Origin: a virus
Reading direction: 5' to 3' (one strand)
DNA length: 64,000 nucleotides
Virus record (IMG/VR): IMGVR_UViG_3300020162_001876
Span: 1-64,000 of that record
In this document: positions 46,592 through 56,323 of the stretch, one piece after another
How the letters are laid out: the number at the start of each line of letters is the position of its first letter
Numbering within the stretch: position 1 is the stretch's first letter
Translations under genes and position numbers: made by a program
Notes under the pieces: model-generated
What the model saw: the letters and a program-made list of their open reading frames with translations, nothing else
Database searches by the model: none
Told to the model about the DNA's origin: nothing

Positions 46592-47629
46592 ATGAATTTT
46601 AACGACAATTTTGATTTAAAAAAAGCTAAATCTTTTTTATTATCTGAAAATTTTCAAATGGATGAAACAGAAAATTTGGAAGAAATGGCATCCTTTTATA
46701 GTATCAAACCTGATGTAGATGAAGACGAAGCTAAAGAAGCTATAGCAGCTATAAAAGCTAAATTAAGACCTGGAACTGCTTTTTACCAAACATTAGACTC
46801 ATTAGAAAAAACTGGTGAAGCTGATTATATAAAATTTAAAAAAGAAACTGGTAAAGATATTGCTACTTGGAATAAACCTGAAACTAGAGCTATACTACAA
46901 AATGACGGTCCGTTAGCTCAATATTTAAATGCGGGTTCATCTCCATTAGCTAATAGATCAGGTCGTCCTAAAATGGATAAAGAAATGGGTGATAAAGAAG
47001 AAACAGATCCTAATCAATTAAGTTTTGATTTAGAAGAAAATGAAATGTTAGATGAAATGGCTACATTTTATAAAATCAAACCAGGTATGGAAGATGAAGC
47101 TAAAGATGCTATCGCAGCTGAAAAAGCTAAACTAAGACCTGGAACTAATTTTTATAATACTTTAGATTCATTAGAAAATACTGGTGAAGCTGATTATATA
47201 AAATTTAAAAAAGCTACTATTAGCCCTGAACTTCCTCAAGGAAAAGATGTAGCAACTTGGAATAATCCCGCGACTAGAGGAGTATTAGAAAAAGATGGTC
47301 CTTTAGCTCAATTTCTTGATGCAGGTTCATCACCTAGCGTTAATAAATCAGGTCGTCCTAAAAGTGAAAAAGGTGAAGAAACAGCAACCCCTAAAGCTCC
47401 TACTAAACCTAAAGAAGATAAGATTAAAATTACTACTCCTAAAACCTCATCGACATCAGCTGAAAAATCACCTGCTAAAGAAAGAGATTTAGCTCAAGAA
47501 ATAAAAGATGCTGAAGCTGAAGTGAAAAAATTAGGAACAGCCGCTTTAAAAAGTCAAGATCCAAAAGATATGGCTAAAGCTAAAGCAGCGACTGCTAAAC
47601 TAAAAGCTTTAAGAGCTGAGGTAAAATAA
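46592..47629 (+). CDS. Late protein with a tandem internal duplication
   Basis: Two ~100 aa repeats, each starting (E/D)EMAxFYxIKP and ending SGRPK. Confidence 0.85.
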   Translation: MNFNDNFDLKKAKSFLLSENFQMDETENLEEMASFYSIKPDVDEDEAKEAIAAIKAKLRPGTAFYQTLDSLEKTGEADYIKFKKETGKDIATWNKPETRAILQNDGPLAQYLNAGSSPLANRSGRPKMDKEMGDKEETDPNQLSFDLEENEMLDEMATFYKIKPGMEDEAKDAIAAEKAKLRPGTNFYNTLDSLENTGEADYIKFKKATISPELPQGKDVATWNNPATRGVLEKDGPLAQFLDAGSSPSVNKSGRPKSEKGEETATPKAPTKPKEDKIKITTPKTSSTSAEKSPAKERDLAQEIKDAEAEVKKLGTAALKSQDPKDMAKAKAATAKLKALRAEVK

Positions 47630-47652
47630 TACTTTATAAAATTAAAGAAAGT

Positions 47653-47679
47653 AGCCTAACATTTACGTTAGGCTTTTTT
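47653..47679 (+). terminator. Intrinsic terminator
   Basis: AGCCTAAC-ATTTAC-GTTAGGCT-TTTTT. Confidence 0.88.
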
Positions 47680-47709
47680 CTCCTTTATATAGTTATATAA
47701 AAAATTACA

Positions 47710-49308
47710 ATGAGTGATCAACAACTTCCATTAAAGGAAATCATAAAACAAGAATGGTTAAGATGTCATCAGGACCCAGTTTATTTTATGAAAAAATATT
47801 ATTGGATTCAACATCCTCAACGAGGAAGAATTCAATTTAATTTATACCCATTCCAAGAAAAAGTATTACAGCAAATTCAAAAGAATGAGTATACAATTAT
47901 TAACAAATCAAGACAGCTAGGTATATCAACATTAGCATCAGCTTATGCTTTATGGTTAATGTTATTTAATAAAGATAAAAACATACTTTGTATAGCAACC
48001 AAGCAAGAAACTGCTAAAAATATGGTTACTAAAGTACGTTTTGCTTATGATAACTTACCTAAATGGATGAAATCTGGTGAGAAACCAGCTGAGAATAATA
48101 AATTATCTCTTAAGTTAACTAATGGTTCTCAAATTAAAGCTGTTGGTGCAACAGCAGATGCTGGTAGATCTGAAGCTGTTTCTTTTCTTATTATTGATGA
48201 GGCAGCGTTTATTGAGGGAATCGATGAGATATTCGCATCAGCACAACAAACCTTAGCAACTGGGGGACAATGTTTAGCGTTATCTACGCCTTATGGTACA
48301 GGTAATTGGTTTCATAAATCTTTTACTAAAGCCCAAGCTAAAGAAAATAAATTTGTCCCTTTAAGATTACCTTGGACAGTACATCCTGAACGAGATCAAA
48401 CTTGGAGAGATGCCCAAGATGAAATTTTAGGGCTTAGACATGCAGCTCAAGAATGTGATTGTGATTTTAGCACATCAGGAGATACTGTTATTGAACCTGA
48501 TATGCTTAATTTCTTAGAATCTACTTTTGTAACAGAACCTATTGAAAGACGAGGAATAGATGGATCTTTATGGATATGGGAACAACCTGATTATTCAAAA
48601 TCTTATATGGTTGTAGCCGATGTTGCTAGAGGTGATGGAAGTGATTACTCAGCATTTCATATTTTTGATATAGCTGAAGCTAAACAAGTAGCTGAATTTA
48701 AATCTCAAGTAACAACTAAAGATTATGCTCATATTTTATTTTCAATAGCTACAGAATATAATGATGCCTTATTAGTAGTAGAAAATGCTAATATTGGTTG
48801 GAGTGTATTAGAACAATTAATAGATAGAGGGTATAGAAATTTATATTATTCTTCTAAAGCAGATACAACAATGGGTGCTAACGAAAACCAACTAGCAAGA
48901 ATGGAAAACGGCCAAGGTATGCTCCCAGGCTTTACTACTTCAATGAAGACAAGACCACTTTGTATCTCAAAATTAGTTTCGTACATTCAAGAAAAATCAG
49001 TTACAATACAATCTAAAAGATTATTAGATGAATTAAGAACTTTTGTTTGGAAAAATGGTAAAGCCCAATCACAAAATGGATACAATGATGACTTAGTAAT
49101 GTCATTCAGTATTGGTTTATTTTTACGTGATACTGCTCTTCGTTTTAGACAACAAGGTTTAGATTTAACTAGAGCTACTTTAGGAAGTTTTCATGTTTCA
49201 AGTCAACAAGCTCCAAGTGTATTCTCATATAATAATCATACAGATAACCCTTACAAAATGGATAATGGGGTAGGAGGAACTGAAGACTTTAGTTGGCTTC
49301 TTGGTTAA
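47710..49308 (+). CDS. terL: Terminase large subunit (T4 gp17-like)
   Basis: LYPFQ, KSRQLG, IIDEAAF, STPYG, ADVARG, DDLVMS. Confidence 0.96.
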   Translation: MSDQQLPLKEIIKQEWLRCHQDPVYFMKKYYWIQHPQRGRIQFNLYPFQEKVLQQIQKNEYTIINKSRQLGISTLASAYALWLMLFNKDKNILCIATKQETAKNMVTKVRFAYDNLPKWMKSGEKPAENNKLSLKLTNGSQIKAVGATADAGRSEAVSFLIIDEAAFIEGIDEIFASAQQTLATGGQCLALSTPYGTGNWFHKSFTKAQAKENKFVPLRLPWTVHPERDQTWRDAQDEILGLRHAAQECDCDFSTSGDTVIEPDMLNFLESTFVTEPIERRGIDGSLWIWEQPDYSKSYMVVADVARGDGSDYSAFHIFDIAEAKQVAEFKSQVTTKDYAHILFSIATEYNDALLVVENANIGWSVLEQLIDRGYRNLYYSSKADTTMGANENQLARMENGQGMLPGFTTSMKTRPLCISKLVSYIQEKSVTIQSKRLLDELRTFVWKNGKAQSQNGYNDDLVMSFSIGLFLRDTALRFRQQGLDLTRATLGSFHVSSQQAPSVFSYNNHTDNPYKMDNGVGGTEDFSWLLG

Positions 49309-49341
49309 AATCCAAATATTTATAATATATAATAAAATTTT

Positions 49342-51270
49342 ATGGTAGATACTTCATTCTTTGGTAGATTACAAAGATTATTTTCAACAGATGTAATAAT
49401 AAGAAATGTTGGAGGTAATCAATTAAAAGTAATGGATACAGATCGTATCCAACAACTTGGTACTATCCAAACAAACTCACTTTATGATAGATATAATAAA
49501 GTTTATACTACTACAGGTGGACTAAATTTTAATTATAATAATGATTTATCATATCCTACTACACGTATTCAGTTATACACTGATTATGAATTAATGGATA
49601 GTGATTCAATTATTGCTTCTACATTAGATATATTAGCTGATGAAACTTGTTTAAGAAATGATTTAGGAGAAGTATTACAAATACGATCTTCAGATGAAAC
49701 CATACAAAAAATACTTTATAATTTATTTTATGATGTATTAAATATCGAGTTTAATCTTTGGTCTTGGACTCGTAATATGTGTAAGTATGGCGATTTTTAT
49801 CTTAAATTAGAAATATCAGAGAAATTTGGTGTATATAATGTAATACCATTTTCTTCTTATTCTATTATTAGATTAGAAGGTAAAAATCCTGAAAAGCCGC
49901 AAGAAGTAAAATTCAAATATGATCCAACTTTTACATCTCAACAATCACCATTAGGTCCTCAAGTTATTTCTAATTATAATCGCAATACTAATGAAGGTAT
50001 AATTTTTGATAATTATGAAATGGCTCACTTCAGATTATTATCTGATTTTAATTATTTACCTTATGGTAGATCTTATATTGAGCCTGCTCGTAAAATTTTC
50101 AAACAATTAACTTTAATGGAAGACGCGATGTTAATACATCGTATTGTAAGAGCACCTGAAAAACGTACATTCTTTATTAATGTTGGTAATATTCCACCTA
50201 ATGAGGTAGAAAATTACATGCAAAAGACTATTAATAAGATGAAGAAAACTCCGCATATTGATCATCAAACTGGTGAATACAATTTAAAATATAATATGCA
50301 AAACATTCTTGAGGATTTTTACATTCCAGTAAGAGGTGGAGATGCAACTACAAGAATTGAGACTACAAAAGGATTAGAATACACTGCTATAGAAGATGTT
50401 ACTTATTTAAGAGATAAATTATTCGCTGCTCTTAAAGTTCCAAAAGCTTATTTTGGATTTGAAAAAGATTTAACAGGTAAAGCAACTTTAGCTGCTGAAG
50501 ATATTCGTTTTGTAAGAACTGTAGAGAGAATTCAAAGAATATTAATATCTGAATTAACCAAAATTGCTTTAGTTCATTTATACTCACAAGGATATGATGG
50601 GGAGTCATTAACTAATTTTGAATTATCATTAACAGTTCCTTCAATTATATATGAACAAGAAAAAGTAGCCTTATTAAAAGAAAAATCTGGATTAGCTACT
50701 GAATTATTACAAAATAAAATTGTTCCTACTGACTGGATTTATGATAATATTTTCCATTTTAGTGAAGATCAATATGATGAATATAGAGATTTAATACTTG
50801 AAGACGCTAAACGTAAGTTTAGAATAGATCAAATTGAAACTGAAGGTAATGATCCTTATAAAACAGGTGAAGCTTATGGTACGCCACATGCTTTAGCATC
50901 ACTTTATGGTTCTAGTAGATATCCTGGTACAGAAGGTGTGCCAAAAGGGTATAATGAAGATGGTGATACTTATCCTGATCAAGTATTAGGACGTCCTAAA
51001 GAAAGATCATCAAATATTAATACTCAAGATAGTGCTCTAGGTAAAGATAGATTAGGTAGAATTGGAATGAAAAAAGATGATTCTGAATCTAAAGGATTTA
51101 AAACTTCTTATAAAGGTGGTTCTCCATTAGCTTTAGAAAATGTTGCAACACAAGCAATTTATCATCAAATTTCAAATAATTTAAAAAATATGTTCCCTCA
51201 ACGTAAAATAAAATTGTATGAAGAGAGCGATTTATTAAATGAAGATAACCTTTTAAAAGAAGATAAATAA
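49342..51270 (+). CDS. gp20: Portal protein (T4 gp20-like)
   Basis: LMEDAMLIHRIVRAPEKRTF, EDFYIPVRG, LFAALKVP. Confidence 0.96.
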   Translation: MVDTSFFGRLQRLFSTDVIIRNVGGNQLKVMDTDRIQQLGTIQTNSLYDRYNKVYTTTGGLNFNYNNDLSYPTTRIQLYTDYELMDSDSIIASTLDILADETCLRNDLGEVLQIRSSDETIQKILYNLFYDVLNIEFNLWSWTRNMCKYGDFYLKLEISEKFGVYNVIPFSSYSIIRLEGKNPEKPQEVKFKYDPTFTSQQSPLGPQVISNYNRNTNEGIIFDNYEMAHFRLLSDFNYLPYGRSYIEPARKIFKQLTLMEDAMLIHRIVRAPEKRTFFINVGNIPPNEVENYMQKTINKMKKTPHIDHQTGEYNLKYNMQNILEDFYIPVRGGDATTRIETTKGLEYTAIEDVTYLRDKLFAALKVPKAYFGFEKDLTGKATLAAEDIRFVRTVERIQRILISELTKIALVHLYSQGYDGESLTNFELSLTVPSIIYEQEKVALLKEKSGLATELLQNKIVPTDWIYDNIFHFSEDQYDEYRDLILEDAKRKFRIDQIETEGNDPYKTGEAYGTPHALASLYGSSRYPGTEGVPKGYNEDGDTYPDQVLGRPKERSSNINTQDSALGKDRLGRIGMKKDDSESKGFKTSYKGGSPLALENVATQAIYHQISNNLKNMFPQRKIKLYEESDLLNEDNLLKEDK

Positions 51271-51311
51271 AATTAATATTTATAATTAGTAGTTAACTAT
51301 ATATTGAATAA

Positions 51312-52169
51312 ATGGCTAATATAAAGCATAACAAATATAAAAACACTGGAATATTATTCGAATTGCTGGTAAGAAAAATTACAGCAGATACTATGTCTAG
51401 TCATGATTCTAAAGCTGTATCTTTAATTAAAAAGTATTTTGTTAATACTGAATTAGCTAAGGAAAATAAGCTTTACCAATCTATATCTAAATCACAAAAC
51501 ATTAGTGAGGCTCAAGCAGAGTCGATTCTTTCAACCATTTTGGAGGTAAGTAAATCCTTAGATAAAACACAATTATCTAAGGAAAAATACAATTTGATTA
51601 AAGAAATTAAATCAAATTTTGATATTGATGACTTTTTTAAGGCTAAGATTAATAATTATAAATTATTATCTTCAACATATACATTATTAGAGGCCAATAT
51701 ATCTCCTACTAAAAATTTAGAGGATATTCTTAGTTCTAAAATGAATATCCTAGAACATATAGCTCAAATTAATAATATAAACTCACCACTACCTTCTGTA
51801 AGTGAATTTGAAACTTTAGATAAAGGAACTCGTGCGTTAGTTTATAAAATAATGTTAGAAAAATTTAATAATAGATTTAATACTTTATCTAATGATCAAA
51901 AAGATGTATTAAAAGAATATATTAATCATATTTCTAATACTACTAATTTAAAAAAATATGTAGATTCTAAATTTACATTATTAAAAGAATCTCTTTTAAA
52001 ATTTCTGCCTAAAATAGAAGATACTACTATTAAAATCAAAGTAAATGAGACAATAAATCTTATTAACCCTATTTTAGAATCTAAAACTCTAAAAGACGAT
52101 AATATAGTTACATTATTACAGTATCAAGAATTATATAGTGAATTAATAAAAATTCATAATGAACAATAA
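51312..52169 (+). CDS. Hypothetical head-region protein
   Basis: Between portal and protease; late motif upstream. Confidence 0.8.
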   Translation: MANIKHNKYKNTGILFELLVRKITADTMSSHDSKAVSLIKKYFVNTELAKENKLYQSISKSQNISEAQAESILSTILEVSKSLDKTQLSKEKYNLIKEIKSNFDIDDFFKAKINNYKLLSSTYTLLEANISPTKNLEDILSSKMNILEHIAQINNINSPLPSVSEFETLDKGTRALVYKIMLEKFNNRFNTLSNDQKDVLKEYINHISNTTNLKKYVDSKFTLLKESLLKFLPKIEDTTIKIKVNETINLINPILESKTLKDDNIVTLLQYQELYSELIKIHNEQ

Positions 52170-52830
52170 TTTAAAAGAACTAGTATTAAAACATTTAGCT
52201 GAACTTCTAGATGAAGAATCAGCTTCCAGTGGTGCTGGTGGATATTTAACTAAAGCTTTTGTTAGAAAACCAACTAATCAAGACAAAAATTCACCTACAG
52301 GGTTTGAAAAAATGCCTAAATCTGGTGATGTTTATAAAAAAATGGGATTTAGAATTATTAAGCCTAATGAAAGAATTGATGCTAAAGATTTATGGAAGGG
52401 ACAACATTTAGAAGAAAAAATGGGATACCCTACTCCTAAAGCTTTTAGAAAAATTAAAAAACAACATGAAATTTCTAAATCGGGGCATGAAGATTTACCT
52501 AACCCTGATAAATACTTTGAACTAGTGAAATTTAAAATAGTTGAACCTGAAAAAGAAAAAAAAGAACCAATTAATGAAGTTCGTTACTCTCAATTTAAAA
52601 ATGAAACTAGGACTAGAAAACCTCAAGAGCAATTACATATAGGAATTAAAAAAATTCAACATACTTTAGACGAAGTAAATAAATTAGTTGAGTTTGCTAC
52701 TAGAATGAAAACAGAATTAAAAGGTGATGCCGAACAAATGAATTACTTAAAACGTACTCATAATGCATTAATTAAAATCAATGAAAAAATACAATCAATT
52801 AACGAAAAAATTAAAGGTTTAACAGAATAA
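52159..52830 (+). CDS. Putative prohead core/internal protein
   Basis: LKELV...LDEE leader; repeated YxTxKAF; C-terminal coiled coil. Confidence 0.7.
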   Translation: MNNNLKELVLKHLAELLDEESASSGAGGYLTKAFVRKPTNQDKNSPTGFEKMPKSGDVYKKMGFRIIKPNERIDAKDLWKGQHLEEKMGYPTPKAFRKIKKQHEISKSGHEDLPNPDKYFELVKFKIVEPEKEKKEPINEVRYSQFKNETRTRKPQEQLHIGIKKIQHTLDEVNKLVEFATRMKTELKGDAEQMNYLKRTHNALIKINEKIQSINEKIKGLTE

Positions 52831-52979
52831 TGGCAGCCGTAAAATCAAAATCAAGTTCTACACCAACTAAAATAGATAAACCTAAAAGAAAAAGACCTGG
52901 TGTTCATTCTAAATCTAAAACTTCTAAGTTAAAAGGTTCTAAGAATTATAAAAAATTATATAGAGGACAAGGACTTTAA
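52830..52979 (+). CDS. 49 aa highly basic protein ending YRGQG (not in ORF track)
   Basis: MAAVKSKSSSTPTKIDKPKRKRPGVHSKSKTSKLKGSKNYKKLYRGQGL; TAATG coupling. Confidence 0.8.
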   Translation: MAAVKSKSSSTPTKIDKPKRKRPGVHSKSKTSKLKGSKNYKKLYRGQGL

Positions 52980-52993
52980 AAATATTTATACCC

Positions 52994-54280
52994 ATGACAG
53001 TACAAAATTTATACACGCAATACTTAGATGGTAAGGTAACCAAACAAAAATTTCTTTATGAAGTACGTAGAGATCAAAATCTTACTATGATATCTCCCAG
53101 CAATTCATTTGAAGATGTTGTTAAGATATTAAAAAATAAATCTATTATATCAGAAAAAGCTCATAAAGAAGCTAAACAATCTACTGGAAAGCAAGAAGTT
53201 GATATTATATCTAAAACTATTGATATGGTTAACCCATATGAGTATGCTAATGGTATGGATTATGAATTAGGAATTATAGATGTTCCTGTAACTGAGGGGG
53301 ATTTAGATGAAGAAAATGTACTTAAAGTACAGAAAAAAGTATTAGCTAATCTTACTAAAAATCCTTCATATTATACTGAAAAATTGTATGGTAGAGTTAA
53401 ATTCGATGGTGATAAAACTATTGAAATTAACAAAAAATCAATGGATGCTATTGGTAAAGGTAAAAATGCTAAAATAATCAGAGAAGGATTAGGAGACAAA
53501 CAATACTTTGATGCTCTCCGCAATTCAGATGCAAATAGTATAGAATCTGCTAAAAAAGTTTTAAAAAGAAAATTTAAAGATTTAGGTGATAAGAATATAG
53601 AATATTTAGCTAAAGAATGGGCTAAAAGAGCATTAGATGAACATGGGCAATATGCTGATAAAGTAGCTGATGTAAACCCACTTTCACAAAATGAATTAAA
53701 AGAAAATTACACTCCATTTTCTATAAATGAAGAACAAGAAGCCGTACTCCAAAGATATGCTGAAGCTACAGGTATACCATTAGACAATTTAAAAAATATG
53801 GTTGCTGAAGCTAGAGCAAAGAAAGCTAAAAAAGATTATGATGGAGATGGAACAATAGAATTACCTGAAGAAGAATATATGGGGTCTCGTAATAAATCTA
53901 TTAAACAATCTATGGCAGAAGATATAGATTTAGGTCATCAAGATAATGAACCTCGTATGATTAAAGGTGAATTATATCAAATAGCTAAACAAGCTACTGA
54001 ATTGTACAAAATGATTGATTCCGTAGATAATATGGGAGAAATTGATTTTCCTCATTGGTGGCAGGCAAAAATTGTTTTAGCTAAAAATTATTTAACTGGA
54101 GCTAAAGATTATTTGGATAGTGCTTTAACAGTAGGTAATGAAGAAGGAGAAATGGATGAAGCAGTTGCTTTAAAAGATAAAGCAGGTAATACTCAATATG
54201 CTAAAGATTCAACTGAAGCTTCAAATATAGAAAGAGCAGCTCGAACTAAAGGTGTAATCTTAACTAAAATGAATGTATAA
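52994..54280 (+). CDS. Putative prohead core/internal polyprotein
   Basis: ISE, IRE, LDE, LKE, INE, MAE and MDE junctions; DYDGDG module; directly upstream of the protease. Confidence 0.7.
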   Translation: MTVQNLYTQYLDGKVTKQKFLYEVRRDQNLTMISPSNSFEDVVKILKNKSIISEKAHKEAKQSTGKQEVDIISKTIDMVNPYEYANGMDYELGIIDVPVTEGDLDEENVLKVQKKVLANLTKNPSYYTEKLYGRVKFDGDKTIEINKKSMDAIGKGKNAKIIREGLGDKQYFDALRNSDANSIESAKKVLKRKFKDLGDKNIEYLAKEWAKRALDEHGQYADKVADVNPLSQNELKENYTPFSINEEQEAVLQRYAEATGIPLDNLKNMVAEARAKKAKKDYDGDGTIELPEEEYMGSRNKSIKQSMAEDIDLGHQDNEPRMIKGELYQIAKQATELYKMIDSVDNMGEIDFPHWWQAKIVLAKNYLTGAKDYLDSALTVGNEEGEMDEAVALKDKAGNTQYAKDSTEASNIERAARTKGVILTKMNV

Positions 54281-54897
54281 TGAGTAAATCATTATTAATA
54301 GAATACGCCTTATTTACACCTAAATCAACAGTATTAACTGAAGGTAAAGGTGATAGAAACTTAGTAGTTCAAGGTGTTATTCAAAGAGCAGATGCTAAAA
54401 ACCAAAACGGTAGAATTTACCCTAAAGATATTTTAGCACGTGAAGTTGAAAAATACATTGAAGGGCCTGTATCTGAAAACAGAGCATTAGGTGAATTAGA
54501 TCACCCAGAATCAATGGTAATTAATTTAAAAAACGTATCTCATAACATCAAACAATTATGGTGGGATGGAGATGATTTAATGGGTAAAGTAGAAGTATTA
54601 CCAACACCTTCAGGTAACATCTTAAAAGAATTATTCTTAAATAAAATTACAGTAGGTATTTCTTCCCGCGGTATGGGTTCAGTTCAACCATTAGGAGAAG
54701 GTACAGTTGAAGTACAAGACGATTTCGAACTATTATGTTGGGATTTTGTTTCTACACCATCAACACAAGGGGCTTTTATGACTCCAACAGGATTAAGCGA
54801 AGGATATAAACCACAACATACAAGCAAATACTCAAAAATTAACTCACTAGTATCAGACATTATCTGTTCTCAATCAGGTATATGTTGTATTAGATAA
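54280..54897 (+). CDS. gp21: Prohead protease (T4 gp21-like)
   Basis: KNQNGRIYP, GELDHP, TPSG, GISSRGMGS, DFVSTPS. Confidence 0.96.
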   Translation: MSKSLLIEYALFTPKSTVLTEGKGDRNLVVQGVIQRADAKNQNGRIYPKDILAREVEKYIEGPVSENRALGELDHPESMVINLKNVSHNIKQLWWDGDDLMGKVEVLPTPSGNILKELFLNKITVGISSRGMGSVQPLGEGTVEVQDDFELLCWDFVSTPSTQGAFMTPTGLSEGYKPQHTSKYSKINSLVSDIICSQSGICCIR

Positions 54898-54914
54898 CCT
54901 TAAAAAAAATAAAC

Positions 54915-55157
54915 ATGGAAAACTTTAACTTTAAAAAATATCTTTCTGAAAGTAAATTATTAAAAGAGGATTTACAAAGCGACTTATTGTTAGCTAATGA
55001 TGGACCTTTAGGAACATTTGGAGTAATACAGAGAGCTATAGAAATGGCAGCTAGTAATAAAGTATCAACAGAAGAGTTATCAAACGCACTATATGAAGCC
55101 CTAACTGAAATAGGAGCTCTCACAGATGTAGAGATCCCGTCAACAGAATTCCGATAG
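54915..55157 (+). CDS. Small protein with FNFKKYLSE leader
   Basis: Leader resembles a T4 capsid-targeting sequence. Confidence 0.7.
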   Translation: MENFNFKKYLSESKLLKEDLQSDLLLANDGPLGTFGVIQRAIEMAASNKVSTEELSNALYEALTEIGALTDVEIPSTEFR

Positions 55158-55201
55158 AATAAAAATTCTCTCTTAATTTTACCTAATTATTTTAAAAAAT
55201 C

Positions 55202-55230
55202 AAGCGCTTCCTAAAAAGAAGCGCTTTTTT
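55202..55230 (+). terminator. Intrinsic terminator
   Basis: AAGCGCTTC-CTAAAAA-GAAGCGCTT-TTTT. Confidence 0.88.
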
Positions 55231-55250
55231 ACTTCTCCTTATATATTTAT

Positions 55251-55348
55251 GGATATCTCAATGATAGATTATCTCAATATAATCTCCCTCATAATCAAAA
55301 CATTCTATATTACTTCCTAATAAGTAATCAAAACAATCACAAATTATT
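55251..55348 (+). promoter_or_regulatory. Structured 5' leader of the scaffold-capsid transcript
   Basis: Three hairpins with related loops and a repeated TAATCAAAACA. Confidence 0.55.
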
Positions 55349-56287
55349 ATGGCAAACGAAAACACTAAAATTTTTAGTGAAGCAATCGCTGAAGCAAAAG
55401 CTATTAGAGAAACCGCAATGGCTAATGCTAAATTAGCTCTTGAAGAAGCTTTCGCTCCTCGTATCCAAGAAATGATGAACAATAAACTTGCATCATTATC
55501 TGAAGATGAAGGAGAGATAGAAGAAGAATTTAAATCATCTAATGGAGCTATGCCTGGGACTGATTCAATGGAAGAAATTTCATTAGAAGAGTTACTAGCA
55601 GAATTAGAAGGTCTTGAAGAAGGTCAAGAAGAAGAACAACCAATAGAAGAAAACGAACTTTTTGAATTCGAAGAAGAAGATACAGTAGCTGAAATTACAG
55701 TTGAAGATCTTAAAGATATCGTTAGAGAAGTAGTATCAGATTTATTAGGAGGTTCAGAAGAAACAGACGAAGAAGAAATGGCTGGCGAAGATGGAGAAAT
55801 GGATGGAGAAGAAGAAATAACAGATGAAGAAGATGAATTAAGTTTAGAAGAAATTTTAGCTGAACTTGATTTAGAAGAAACTTATGCTTATGATGATGTT
55901 CCTGAAGACAATCCAGATGATATTGAAGATGATAAAGAACTTGAAGAAGCTATGTCAACTATTGCGGAATTACGTTCTGAACTTAACGAAGTTAATCTTT
56001 TAAATTCTAAATTACTTTATGTTAACAAGTTGTTTAAATCTAAAAATTTAACAGAAGCTCAAAAAATAAAAGTTATTAACGCTTTTGATAGAGCTGAAAC
56101 AGTTAAAGAGTCTAAAAACATCTATGAAACGTTACAAGAATCATTAACAGCTACTCAAATTAAGAAGAATCCAATTAAAGAATCTCTTTCATTTGCTTCT
56201 AAACCAGCAGGGGTCGCTGATAGAAAACCAATCGTTGAAAATAACGATTTTATTGCAAGAATGCAAAAACTTGCAGGAATTATTTAA
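55349..56287 (+). CDS. Prohead scaffolding protein (gp22-like)
   Basis: Very acidic, coiled coil, directly upstream of the major capsid gene; ends RMQKLAGII. Confidence 0.85.
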   Translation: MANENTKIFSEAIAEAKAIRETAMANAKLALEEAFAPRIQEMMNNKLASLSEDEGEIEEEFKSSNGAMPGTDSMEEISLEELLAELEGLEEGQEEEQPIEENELFEFEEEDTVAEITVEDLKDIVREVVSDLLGGSEETDEEEMAGEDGEMDGEEEITDEEDELSLEEILAELDLEETYAYDDVPEDNPDDIEDDKELEEAMSTIAELRSELNEVNLLNSKLLYVNKLFKSKNLTEAQKIKVINAFDRAETVKESKNIYETLQESLTATQIKKNPIKESLSFASKPAGVADRKPIVENNDFIARMQKLAGII

Positions 56288-56323
56288 AAAATTAAAAACA
56301 ACAAAAATTAAAAAATTAAAAAC

